NCBI GenBank assembly: GCA_964188305.1
Contig: OZ076886.1
Strand: one strand, 5' to 3'
DNA: 64,000 nucleotides
Source of the DNA: Podarcis bocagei
Lineage: Eukaryota
Notes under the pieces: model-generated
The model's input: the letters and a program-made list of their open reading frames with translations, nothing else
The model's database searches: none
Told to the model about the DNA's origin: nothing
Part shown: in pieces, positions 35,801-49,900 of the stretch
Position numbering within the stretch: position 1 is the stretch's first letter
Layout of the letters: each line of letters starts with the position of its first letter
Program-made: the position numbers and the translations under genes

Positions 35801-38800
35801 AGGAAAGAGCTTCCTTTCTCCAGAGGAACTCCCTGACCCAGTATCTTCTTTCCTATTGAGTAAGAAAGTGTTTCTTTCCTCCCTCAGGATTACGAAGTGC
35901 ATGAATGCCTCAAGCAGCTGCTGATGTCCCTGCTCAGGGCATACCGCTTCTCTCCCATTGTTCCTGATCTAGGCTTACAGGTGAGTATTATTCTGTTAAA
36001 CACCGGTAGAAACCCTTAAGAACAAAGTTCATGCAGTGAGAGGGGAGCTGCTTTGGCTGACTGCTTACAGCTTTGCAAATGTTGTAAGACATTTTAAATA
36101 TGCTGTTTTAAGAGCTCTTCCTCACATATCACTGCATCTTATCTTGATTTCCCTTTTTTCTTCTTCTCTATCCAGATTCACTACCTCCGTCTCACTATTG
36201 CTATCCTGAAGCATGAGAAATCCAGGAAGTACCTGCTTCACAATGTCCTGTATCCTTTTTTATTTTTTTAAAAGACGCAATATTTTTCACATACATCCAA
36301 ATCCCCTGATGGTACAAACTTGCTCAGACAGACAAAAAGATTCATGTGTAGGCCCTAGAGAAGCACCACCCGGTAACAGGAGGTGGTTTCTTTTTTTCCT
36401 GTGACTGCACACACCTGCAGCTAAATTTAAGAGGCCCTAGTCGCTTCTATATCTTAGTGTTGCTATTTCCTTACTACCAGGTGCAGCTCAGGAGTGCCTC
36501 TGCACAAATTGGAGAGGAAGGGTTTGACCAAGGCAAAATGGCTGCATCTTCACTCTGAGGTCCTTGAGATCACACTTTACTGTATCAACCATTCTTTGCA
36601 TACATTCAGATTCAGTTTCTTTCACTTTCAGGGAAACATATAACCGTGATAACTTGGGCTATATTCTGTGCCATGGGACCAGAGAGAGGCAGCCAGACTA
36701 GCCAAAATAACCCCTGCTTCTTGTTAACTTCACCACTGCCACCATCTTTTTTTGCCTACTCTGTATTGCCTGCTCTGACTAGCAGTGGCTGTCAGGCAGA
36801 GAGGGTCTTTTCCATCACCTGCTGCCTGATATTTTAACTGGCAATGCCAGGGATTGAACCTGGATTCTTCTGCAGGCAAGTGTTTGTTGTGCCACGGAGC
36901 TGGGGTCTCTCCCCTTAATATTCAAATCTGATCCCAGTGTTCTCCAAAAGTAGACTGGCTGCATTCATGGAACAGCCAGCATGCCCAGAGGATTATTTTT
37001 CACTTATTCTCTCTTCCAACACTATACACCTACCTGGCCTACCCTGCTAGATAAATGCTCTGTTCATTGACAGTAGTTAAATAACATCTATGTATGAGCT
37101 GATCATTATTCCTTTGCTTCCCTTCCCCATGTGCCTTTTGTAATTATCCCAATTATTTGGAAGGGTGTGGCTTCTGTCTCAGTAGCATCACTCGAGACCG
37201 ACCATAAAAGCACAAATTCTGTAACAGCTTTGAGAACATACACAAGGTGGTCTCAGCAGCAGATTGCTAACATGGGGGAAGTGGGGTGGATAGCTGCTTC
37301 AATGTCCCCATGCATTGGAAGCTGATGAAAATAAGCAAAAAGTTGCAGACGTTCCTTTCACAGTTTTTCACCTCTTCTTTCATTCCCCCCAAATACCCTT
37401 CTTGCTGCACGATACAGTCATTATAGTTTCCAAGTACCCTATGGAGTTGACTTGTTTTCAGGAAATCTAATTTTTTTCACGTGGTCCTGTGTGGAGTTAT
37501 TCTTAACTTATTGCAGGGATGCTGCTTGTGACATAGATCCCACAGGTGCATCTATATGAACTACCACACAACTCCCTTAACTCTCTGCAGATTTGATGTG
37601 CTCCGCTCAGTTGTGTTTTTTTACATCAAGAGTCCTTTGCGTGTGGAGGAGGCTGGTTTACAGGAGCTCATTCCCACCACTTGGTGGCCAAACCGCTTCA
37701 ACAAAGAGGTGAGGAATATGGCGCCCACTGCTGGTCGATTTAAGGGCCTTCAGCTTAACTGCAGAGATGTTGGCTTTATCTAGGTGTTTTCTGCACATAA
37801 TAGCTTATGCAAATGACCATTTGTTTAGCACCTTTATACAGCTGCATTCTCTTATTAGCTGTGTTTGCGTTCATGAGCATTTGCAGCCCTTCCTGTCCAT
37901 CCTTTTTGGCTTCTGCTAACAACTCTGTTAACCTCGTCTCTTTTAAACACAGGGCAAAGAAAGTAAAGAGATAAAAGATGAGACTGCTGAGGAGAGACTG
38001 AGGAGGCGAGCGTATGAAAGAGGATGCCAGCGGCTCAAGAAGCGCATTGAAGGTCTGAGGATGGGATAGTGGCGTTCAAAATCTCATGGGCAATTTAGAA
38101 TATGGCATGAAGCCATATCGATCAGTCCTAGAGCACAGCTTTCACAGAGAATGGAGAAATAATTGCATGCCACGATTAATTAATTTATCGCATTTGTATA
38201 CTGCCTTTTGTGCCAGGACACCCACATTTGAAATATTTGAATAAACAAATGCTATAAAATATTAGCTGGGCAGTGCTGTGTTACAGGTGCCATTGGCACC
38301 CCTGCTTGCAAATGCAATACTAGTAACTTCGTTTAGAAACAGCACTAAGTTTTCCGCTGATAATGTTTTTACCTCCTGTCATTCCAAAGACTGTCCAGAG
38401 CCACTTGGGGAGTGTAGCTCAACAAACTGATGTGTATAATAATTTGGGAAAGTCAGTTTCTTCTTGGGAGTTTCTATGCAGGGCTTGAATATGGCCACTG
38501 TCAGTTTCTCTGTAGCAATGTGGTGATGGCTGCTACCTGACGCAGTGTTTATTATTTCCGGTCCTTTTTATTCTTAGTGGTGGAGGAACTCCAAGTGCAG
38601 ATACTGAAGTTGCTGTTGAACAATAAAGACCATGGTGGGGTAAGGATGATTGCATATATTATCTGCAGAGTATTTCAGTCACACTGGAGAGCAGCTTGCT
38701 TTTTGAGGTTGTCATGTATCCTCAAAGGGACTTGCCTGCATCTCACCATAAAACAAGATTTAGTCACCTGAAAGCTGAGGCCCCATATATCTGGAAGACT

Positions 38801-41800
38801 GTCTCCTTCCGTACAAACCTCTTTTGTTTGTTAAGATTGGCACTTGGAAGTTCAGGAGGTGGAAACCCGGGAGAGGGCATTCTCCGTGGCAGCCCCTGAG
38901 CCGTGGAATTTCTTCCCTGCAGAGATGTGTCTGATACTCTTTATTATATAGCTTTCGTCATATGTTGAAGACTCAACACTTTACCCTGGCATCTAACACC
39001 TAAATTATATATTCTGTTGCACCCACTGTCTTCCTCTGATTGTAAATTGTCTTGCCTTTTACATTGTTATAATGCACTATAAATCAGTTCTGGTACCTTC
39101 TGGTGATGGCTGGGAAAGAAGTATAATAAGTAATCATTGTAATAGTAACAAATGAATACCACATTCATTTCTGATAGCCTGATATTAAATGTAGTGAGGA
39201 GGCTCAAACTATTGTACACTAGAAGCTGTTTGCTCAGATTAGGCTATTAGCAGCTGATCTTCTCTACTGGGTACAATTCTAAACCTGACAACATTGTTTA
39301 TTGGATACAGGGCACACAGGCTAATGACTCCTGCCCAGTACCCTGGCATCTCATGAGTCTGTGTGAAATGATAATGCTGAGAATATGAGTGGAATTTCTA
39401 AGAGCTAATGCGGTTAGGTGGGACTCCTAATAAAGGCCTAGATAAATGATTTATGAACATCTCCTTTGCACTGGCGACCAAATGATGGCAGTGTGGAACT
39501 GTACATATCCTGAATGGACTTCTTGATTAGGGAACTGGATTTCTGTACAGCAGCCAAAAAAGCTAGTAATGGAGGCGAGCAGGGCATTCATACAAGGTGA
39601 CTTCTCTGAGGATAGGCAGCCAAAGAACACTACTATGTAACTGGACTTTAGGATAGGTTTCATGCATGCATGTGCAGTATATCACACTCTCCTCATCACT
39701 AAATGACTCACAACTGATCATGTGAGCTGCCTCCATTGAAGAGGAATTTTCTTTGAAGTAATGACTGGTGACTTATTTATTTAGGATGTTTGTAAATCAC
39801 CAAACTTCCAGAGGAGCTGGAAACAACACACATCAACCATCCAAAACCCCCCACAAAGCATCTAGAATATAAAGAATTTAATAAAAAAATCAGTTTGAAA
39901 CTCATACTGTTACTGCTTAAGTATTCAGCCTCTCAGTTTTAAACAGTAAATTCTTGGGTAAATAAAAATGTCTTCCGTTGATGTTTCAAAACCAATCATG
40001 TGAGGTGGATCTCTTTAACTCAAAAACACAAGTGCAACAGTGCTCCAGTTGATGTCACCCCAAAGCAGGCTGCATTATGAAGTGTGTATCCTAATGAAAA
40101 GGTTTGTGTGTGGTTCTTGGTCTGTGATGGCCATCACTTGATGTTGCAGCTCTTGAGAATTCTTTTTAAAAAATCGATTTATATAATGCCTATGTGGCCC
40201 AGTAGAACCCACAGGGCAGCTCATAAAACAAGCAGTAATAAGTAATAACAAAACCAGATATACAATTCAAACTGAACTCCAATTTATTTTAAAACAGCCG
40301 TTTGAAACAAGACAGCAGCAGACAGCAATTCCCTCAGCTTAGTGCAAGTCTAGCAAGTTATGAGAATACATGTATACACTTGTCTTTAAGGACTTAGCCT
40401 GGAGAAGAGGAGGTTAAGGGGTGATATGATAGCCATGTTCAAATATATAAAAGGATGTCATATAGAGGAGGGAGAAAGGTTGTTTTCTGCTGCTCCAGAG
40501 AAGCGGACGCGGAGCAATGGATCCAAACTACAAGAAAGAAGATTCCACCTAAACATTAGGAAGAACTTCCTGACAGTAAGAACTGTTCAACAGTGGAATT
40601 TGCTGCCAAGGAGTGTGGTGGAGTCTCCTTCTTTGGAGGTCTTTAAGCAGAGGCTTGACAACCATATGTCAGGAGTGCTCTGATGGTGTTTCCTGCTTGG
40701 CAGGGGGTTGGACTCAATGGCCCTTGTGGTCTCTTCCAACTCTATGATTCTATGATTCAACTGACTTTAAACACTGGTTGTTTCAGGGAGGAGCTTCCAG
40801 ATACATCTTTCTAAATAAGTTCCGCAAGTTTCTGCAGGAAAATGCCAGCAACCGAGGGGTAAGTTGAGAACAGTATCTTCATTCCACTTTGACTTCTGTC
40901 ACACTTTCTGTTGGAGAGTCTGAAGAAGGACACAATCTTATATCTGTCAGAAGCCGTAGCTGCAGACATGTTTGCAGCTTGGACAGTATAGGTGCCTTGT
41001 TGAGTGTGTAATGACTTCTTAAATTTTGGGCTGATGGACTCCATGCTACTGGTTTTCCGGGGCAGAAATTAGGAAATTTCCACACATCAATGGTTTACCA
41101 AGGTGTCGAGTTCAAAGTGAATGATTTCTTTATCAAGGCCCCTCAACTCATGCAATACGAACACATGGTCACTCCTTACATTCTATTCAGTTTGGTTTTG
41201 TTATCTGACAATGTCAGTTCTCTTCACTCTGACAGACAATGCTCTTCAGATCTGCAAAGCTAGGCTTCAGTTCTGACACTCCACCCCCCCTTTATATCCC
41301 TATACCTCTGTTCCCCATTGACTGCCTTCCTAGGATATTGGTGGCAGAACAATTATGCTAGGAATCTCATCTTTTTTAACAGAATGTAAAGAAATAGCTT
41401 AAGATACCTGGAAGGGAAGAGCAGTCAAGTTATAACTTCATAAAAGAAATGGTATCTGTGGGGAATTAGCACACACTTTGTATTGATTGCACATTCTTGA
41501 ACAGAAGTCTTGGTTTTAAAAGTGGGTCTTGAAGCCTAAATGCAAATCATGGTGAAATCACAGAAGCTAAAGGAAAGTGGGATAATGCAGCTGTCAGAGT
41601 TTTCAGGGTTTTGTCACCCTATAAAACTTGATGCCCCTGTCCATTACTACAATGAATTATTATTTCTATGCAATTAATTAAAACTTTGCATAACTTACTG
41701 AAGGTTCCTGAATTCAATTTTTCTTAGTATGTCATTTTGAGTCTTGCTTAGCAGAGCACACTCAGCCATGCCTTAAAAGTCTCTCAGTAAATCTAAGTGA

Positions 41801-43923
41801 AGGTGTCACCTCTTTGACATGGACTTTTAGTTCTTTCCTGACTGGGAGTGTTCTGTTGTTTCAGTGCCAGTCTTTTCTGGCAGTGAGGGAAATGTGCTTA
41901 CTGGCGCTTGCTAACATGCCTTGGGGCCACCAGGTTGCCTCAGCATCTCTTTTCTTGATGTACTGTGCTACTATGCTTTGAAGGGAAGATACGTGCTTGC
42001 TCTTTCTTGTTGGGAAACAGGTGAGAATCAGTGATGGATATTGACTCTGTCAGTTACTGGAAATGTTCTGTGTTGCCTGGGGAATGCTATAGGCAAGGGT
42101 GTGCATCACACACATCTGAGGGGATGGAGAAGCTCAGTTCAGCATGGCTCCTCTACTGTTCTGTTAACAGTAGAGCCTTGTCGTTTTTTGTCCTTAGAAT
42201 CTGACTGTGCTGTGTCCTCCAGAGTATATGGTGTGCTTCTTGCATCGACTCATCTCGGCCTTGAAACATTACTGGGATGAGTACAACATGAAGAACTCTT
42301 TAGCAATGAGCAGTGAAGGTAATTTCCAAAGATGCACAAATGGGAATATTGGTTTTGGTATCCAGGAATTTCTGGAGTTGTGTGTAACCAAATTCTATCT
42401 CTTCACCCAAAAATGCAAAATTAGAGACATTCAAGACAACGTTTCTTACATTTTGCATCCCACAGTGAAACAATGCCCATCCAAAAGTGGACCTAGTCCT
42501 CACTGTTGTGCAGACATGTAGCAGAGAAGAAAGTCATCTTCATCAGAATGCTTGCCTTGCCATAGCTCCTCAAAGGGGCTATGTGTGAATGCATTTTAGC
42601 TTTCTTTGTTTAGTACCAATTTTCCGTGCTCTGTTTACTTCTCTTCCCCCTTATAGCAGAGGGAGAGTTGGCTAGGGCAGGTGGATGTCTTGTAACTGTG
42701 GCCCTGATTATTTGCACTCATTGAAGATTAGCTTCCTTTGGCCTTCTCCGTAAATGCATATAAAACATCTTTCCCCACAGATGCATATGTCCCCCCTCAG
42801 CTCTTCTATAATGGGAAGGTGGATTACTTTGACCTCCAGCGACTTGGGGGACTCTTGTCTCATCTCAAGAAGACCCTCAAAGGCAAGTGCTTGTTTTGTT
42901 GTGTTCCATTAATTCATGTGGAAGCATATGATGTGGAAAATCTGTTGCAGGAGCAAATTATTGAGGGAAGTAAAAGATGGGGCAGGAGTGTCACAGAATT
43001 AGCTTCATTTCTTTGTGGAGCTACGTATCTGTGTGTGAAAGCTTTGGTTCTGCCTGGTACTTGGACTCAGAAGCCTGCTGGTTTCTAGGTCCCCTAAGTG
43101 ATCCCGGCAAGGTGAGAAAGGTCCTTTTCTATTTTCACTTTGTTAAATACTGTACCAGGGATACTGGAAACTCAGAATGTCATTTATTTGCTCAAACAGG
43201 CAGATGCTAACTTGGCATCTTCTTCAAAGGCTTAGTTGTCTTCACTTGTGACCTTCCTTTAAAACTATGTATTTTAACTTGATTATCAAATAGCAGCCAT
43301 GACATAAGTGTGGTAATTTTTTTGACTTGTTAATTTACATGCAAATCTATTCTAGCTAATTTAAATAGCTCAGTCCTCTTCAAGGATATGTGTACGGCCT
43401 CTGAAGCTAAAAACAAGAACTGCTCTCCTGGGACTTGAAGATAAAGTGGCAGCTGATGCCTCTTGGCCTGTGAGATTCCAATTAGGACTTGCTTCTTCCT
43501 CTTTCAGGTGCTCTTCAGATCAGCAGAGCCAGGCTTTAGGGCACTGGGGCTGCTTGGCCATCTGCTTGGTAGAGATAAGAGAATATGAAATACAAGCTCC
43601 AAATTACATTTTGAAGATTGTGTGTGACCCTTTTATGAATCTTGTTTTTGTTCACCCTGGGGGAGACCCAAGATTTCCCTACCCAATTTTTTGGCTCTTA
43701 TTGGACTGACTTGTCCATTCCACCTAGGGTCTGGATGCTCCTTTCTCTGCCTTGGGAGCAGCCTCCAAGGCAAAACGTACACAAAAGGAAATAGCTATTA
43801 GAATCAGTAACACGATCTGGAAAAAGTACAGTTTGCATTTGGGAGCATTTTATTTTAGTCATTAAAAAAAATACTACCCTTCAGTTGTCTGTTTATAGGT
43901 AAAACAATAAAGCATAACAATAT

Positions 43924-43982
<59 letters not shown>

Positions 43983-46900
43983 ATAGGTGTCAGAAAGCAT
44001 ATTTGTTATTTAGTACTGCTCATATTGATCTAGAGCAGACTTCATCATAAAGTTAGCAGAGTAAAAACTTGAAACACATTGCAGGATTCCCAAAGGCAAT
44101 TAATTCTTCATCCAGCAGAGCTTTACTACTGAAGGTAAATGAGCATAATAGTCACAAATCCATATGTCTTCAAGGTTGGCACAATCCATAAGAAATCCAG
44201 TTGCAGCAGACTAAACTTAAACTTACAATAACTTACAATAAGACTGAAACCTTAGCACTAAGCATGTTATATACAAAGCACCACACCAGAAGAAAAGAGA
44301 AACTCAGGCTCCTTCTGGCCTGTTCTTCTAGTCAACATGACAGAAAAAGATAACAGAACCAGTTTGAAACGGCTGCTCATCTTCTCTGAAGGAATAACCA
44401 AAACATCAGGAATCTTCTGCTTGTTTCTAGACAGAATAGTATCTTGCTTGTCAGCTACAAACTTCCAGCTTGTATCACACAGAGAAGCTTCCAGAAGCTT
44501 CTTGAATTAATTAGAATAGAAAAGGTCTCTACACATTAGATCAATACTTTCTGTACCCAAAAATGCATACCTAACCATATTTGATTTTTCACAGCATGTT
44601 CTAAGTCTATATAGAATGACTACTGGCAATGGGCCGTCCCACGCCACTTAATACCTTTTTTAAAAAAGTGCATAACAGATGCTTTAGCGTTTTCTTTCCC
44701 AGCTATTTCTCCACTCAAATTTGGCCTCTCCAGGTGCTTTTCTTCCTGAGAAATAAAAAAAAATACAGGTTCTAGTATATTTTATCTTTGGGGGAGTTTT
44801 TGAGTGGACAAATGGCTGGGAAGAGCGTTGATCCTCTTCTATGCCTTTGCCACCAGATCTGATCATTTACAGTGCAGTCCTATGGGTGTATACTCAGAGG
44901 TACATCCCACTGAATTCAGCAAGTCCCACTGTGCATAGGATTGCAGCCTTAGTGAAGACACAGTAGCAGTATTGACACTTCTGATGTGTTGCACTTTGAG
45001 CTTCTGGTAGCTGTACTGCTGCTTTGAGTCCCACCAGGAAAATGGTGGGGGTATACAGTAATAATAATAAGAATAAGAATATGCAAATAAGGCATGTGGT
45101 AAATTGAATGTGCATAGGTAATTATACCTAGCAGTGAATGTATTTGATATTTTATTCATACAGATGAGCTTGCTTCAAAGGCAAATATTCTGATTGACCC
45201 TGCAGAACTTCAGGCGGTGACAATGGATGATCTCGATGAAGATGAAGAGTCAGCAGTGTCAACAGCACAAGTGAGCCTAACAATGCCATGTGCAATGAGT
45301 TTTAACTTAGGCAGCTGTCAATGGAGTCTATAAGGAAGGATGGAGGAGCACTGAACCTCCTGGAAGCAGAAATTTGTTTTGAATGGATGGGAGAAGTAAA
45401 GAGAGACTTTTATGCATTGTACCTAAGAAATTCGCCTTTCTAAGATTTGTGTTGAATGTATTGGTTGTACAGCAGTCTAATGGTGCCATAGCAAAGTGTA
45501 CATCGGAATCCAGCCCAAAATCCTGACTCTAAGGGGCTATAATCAGACATATTTAGGCCAGGGGACAGTTCTGAAAACAAAGTTACCTGAGGTGGGAGGC
45601 TAGCAGGGAGAGGGACTTCTCAGTGTTTGGACCCCAGTGATGGGATGCTCTTTCCAAAGCAGTTGGCCAGGCACCTGCTTCGTTCTCCTTCAGTGCCAAG
45701 CAAAGACCTTTTTATTTTCTCAGGTCTTTTATATTAATTTTAAACCTGTTGGCTCTACTGCAGGCCCAGAATTTTACAGGCTAATGGAGAGTTCTCTGTT
45801 TAGCAAGATCTGATGGTCACTTAAAGCTGCAACAGCTCTGCATTTCTCATTAGTCAGCAGCGTTACACTCTTAACCTGAGAATGCCAAGAATGCTGATTG
45901 AACGCTAGTTGCTGTTGGTCCTAACACAGACATCTGAGTCAGGATTTGGGCTTGCCAAAGATTGTAGTGATGACTCTGCAGTTTGAGTCGGGAAGTTCTA
46001 ATATCAGAAACAAATATAAGGGAAACTGCAACATGATTTTATATAGAAGGCCCCATGTGTTGATTTGACACAGTTGTCACCTGTTGTTTATGGTTTCCAC
46101 CAGTCTCCTCTTTCCTGCCCCCTGTCCTGAATCTCCTGGCAAACACAGAGAACTTGGGGAAATGGCAGGATTTGCAGAAGTAGTGAGTGCCTTCTACAAA
46201 AATCCTGCATGAAGCCTGTAAGACTTTGGAAATGAAAGAAGCAGGGTGGAGGCCCCCTTGTTGCTTTCTCCTTCCCCAATGGCTGGTGTGGAACAAGAGG
46301 GGATCACTTGACAACAAACTCATATAGAAGGGGAAAGCAATGAAGGGGGATCCCGTCACTTCTTGCCTTTTCTAAAGCATAATGTAAAATGACAGAAAAG
46401 TCCTGCCCCAAGACTTCACTTGCCCTTGCTAGCAGAGGGTGGGTTTTATCTCACTTCACATGAGAAGCAGTGTCAGCCTCTACTTCCATTTTCTGCTTAA
46501 TGAAAAAGCCTGCTACGAAGCGAAAGATTCCCATTTCCAAATTATCTATAATTTGCAGAAAACTCAGGAAAACAGATATTTATGTTAGGGAGAAGGATGG
46601 TTCCCAAAGGTTGGCAGGGGCAGCCACCATAGTGACTTGGTGACTAAATCTGTAGAGCACAGTAAAGTGTGGGAAAAGCTTGGGCAGGGGGTGCTTTTAA
46701 AGGCTTCAGGCCTCTTCTATATATACCCCAGGAAAAGTTCAGTGGAAACTCAAGACCAGCTACTACTCTGAGAACTTTGAGAACTGTTGACACAATGTGA
46801 TGCAAGGCCTGATAAGATGAGGAATTCAAGGATTCAGTTTGTTAAAGAAAGTACTCTGTGCAAAGAAAGAAAAGTTCTTTTGTTTTGCTTGGCTTCAATT

Positions 46901-49900
46901 GCATTTTTGTCTTCATGTTGCCTTGCAGCTTGTCTTGTGTTCCTCTTTAGAAACTGCAGGCTAAAGTTCTATCTCCTTGGGATTCTCAAGGGCAAGGTTA
47001 TAGGTGGTCAGGATTTCCCACTCCTAAAAATACGGAAGGATACCCCATGCTGGGCCCAGGAAATTTGAATGGTTGATACTTGTCTGCTAGTTCACAGGGA
47101 TGTCAATGTGAGCACAATTTCACCATCTGTGACTGCACCCTCTGATAAGACCATGTTGTAAAGAATATTGTGTCCCTTGAATTTGGAAGCATACAGCACA
47201 TGATAGCTCAGTATTTCCATTACGTCTGGCCCAGTGCTGATTCTTTCACTCCAGTTGCTGTTTGGACCCGTAAAAGATTGATTCCAGTCATCAGCTGATA
47301 CATAATCAAGCTGATGCATTTTGCAGTGTGGATTGTGTAAACTGGGTTGTGTGTCAGTTCAAAACCACCCTATTGAAATAACTGATGAGGATACAAATTG
47401 TGCTCTCTAGTAAAAGTTTTCCTGTCCTGAATATCTGCCTGTGCTATGCTTGCCTGTATGAGACCCTGGTTCTTCTTCTAGGTTACCATGAGTGAGAAGG
47501 AAATATTTCAGCTACTTGTCCTACAAATGAGCCTAAAGGAGATTTGTGCATGATTCAAACCAGCTTGATTCTTCCCGTTAGAGAAAGAGCTGAACAAATA
47601 TTACTTCATATCTCTCAATTTCTCTTTTTCTCAGCGTCCAGCTGCGGCACTGGCAATTGGAGGTGCCTTGGCCAGACCAAGTTGGCTTAGTTCACCCACC
47701 CTGGGGCGGGCTAACCGTTTTCTCAGCACTGCAGCTGTTAGCCTTATGACTCCAAGGCGGTCACCAGGTGCCTTGGAGAAAGTTAAAGTTCGTACGTTGA
47801 ACATGGAACAACGGACAGAGGAGGACAGTGAGTAGTGTGCATATATATATATATAATCCTTTCTAATACACAAAAAGCAATAATAATAACAACAAAAGAG
47901 AGAAGAGATCAAAGCAAGAAAGGGAAGGGGGGGAGAAGGATACAAGGTGAGAGGAGGGAGGAGGGAGTGGTAGTATTCCAGAAATAACATTATAATTCCA
48001 GACAGTTGCTCTTCATAAACATATTATGCAATAATGTTTTTCCAAAGAAATCCATGAGAAGAGAGTGGCTGCCAATCATGTTCCTTAATTTTAATGTATT
48101 CAGTAATTTCCAGGTTGTGTAGGGTTTGGGTAAATTTTGTTAACATTTTCTTTTTAAAACAATGGTCCAGATCTGAAGGTAGCAATAGTCTTGCAAGTAT
48201 CTTGTAGCTGATCTTCATTGTTCTCAGCCATCCTAAATTCATAATTGGTACCGTAGATAAGAGCTCTCTTGAATCATTTACAGTGCTTAGATCATTACAG
48301 CAACTGGACTTCTCAACATGATCAGGTGTTTACAAAATGAGAACAAATGTAGAGTCATAGTGGTTATTGTTTTCTTTGTTATTAGGCATTTTTTGTGTTT
48401 TTATGCTGCAAATCGCTCTGCGATCCTCTAATAATTATTTATTGGTAGGTAGGTAGGTAGGTAGGTAGGTAGGTAGGTAGATAATTTCAGCCCGAAGTTC
48501 TGCCTTCTAACTGAGGGAAAGGATTTCTACCTGCATGCTAGCCCATGCCTGGATTTGTTGTAAAGGACTACGATTGTAATTCAAGCTATGTGCTTTCTAA
48601 GCAACAGAACTGTGTAGCCAGTGCAAATGATCTGGGAGTAAACAGTGTTAAATAGGTTATATTTAATTATTTTAGTAAACCAAACTGCAGGATGATGAGG
48701 CTCAGAAGGATAAATGTAGGTTCAAAGGCATAGTCCATATGCCTCAAAACAGAACCAGCTGAACTAAGATGTCTGGTGACTTGAGGTAGCTGTTTGTTCA
48801 AGTTTTCCTTCAGAACAGAAAGGCTAACAAAACTTTATGGTTAAAAAAGAGAGAATACCAGACCAGCCTTAGTTCCATTTTCTTCACAGTGATGGATGTT
48901 TCATTGTTTTTATGACAGTTGAAGGCAGCCATGGAAATGAGGGCCTTTTACTGGGGAGACCTGCCGAAGAGCCAGAGCAACCAATCACTGAGAATTCTCT
49001 TTTGGAAATCTTGGATGGAATAGTCATGATGTACAACCTCAGCGTGCACCAGCAGCTTGGTAAGGTGAGCAGGATTCATTTCAGGGGAGTTTTCAGTCCT
49101 GTCCCATTCTCACAACTGGGATTGGAACTCACACTAACAAAGACACCATGGCCCACTGGGAGAGGGTGGGGCGCTTTTGATTGCAGCCACCATACCAGCT
49201 CACGATGCTTGCTTGCATTCTGCTTTTGGGTGGAACTACACCCTTTGGTGGCAGACCTGCACTTTCTGAACATGGTTGGCCACCACTCAGCAGTAACACA
49301 ATAGATGTGCATGTATTTCCTTCTGAGGAGTAGCAGGTGTGAGAAGGGATGCTGATCCCCATTCCCTTCACTGGTATCCCACTTGCAGCTGCTTCTTTCC
49401 CCCTTCCCAAAGCAGAGATCTGTGATTGGCAGTGAGTCTAGCTGCAAGGGAATAGCCTTGAGGGAGAAGAGCTTTAGCAGGGATAGCGGCTGACAGAACA
49501 AGAGTTGCCAATTTTCTGTGGGAAATTGCCCTGCCTCCTGCTGCTTTACTGCCTTTTGGCAGTCTCCCACCTTCAGAGGTGTGGGTCTGTCTGCTGCCAT
49601 CTTACGTAGTTCTGCTATAGGCTGTCGGCTGAAAATCTGTCTCCAGGAAAGCGACTGGTGGGAGGGGCTCATTGTGGAGTTGGGCCCTGCAATGTATTGA
49701 TGCTGCCACAAGTGTTTGGAAAATAATCCAGTATGTGCTATAACCTGTACAGAAAAGCTCTAGCTGGTACTACTGACCCTTATTTGTGTTTTAGATGGTA
49801 GGTGTTTCCGATGATGTGAATGAGTATGCTATGGCACTGAAAGACACTGAAGAAAAGATTAGCCGATGCCCAAAGAGGGTAAGAATAACACGGGGATAGT

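Noticed and set aside
46140-46190. Possible alternative micro-exon in intron 22
   Set aside because: The acceptor and donor pairs tried are not multiples of three, and exons 22-23 already join in frame.
49076-49711. 211-aa antisense ORF, considered as a nested gene such as AMIGO3
   Set aside because: No LRR or Ig motifs. AMIGO3 is nested nearer the 3' end of RNF123 in human, so it is expected beyond this window.
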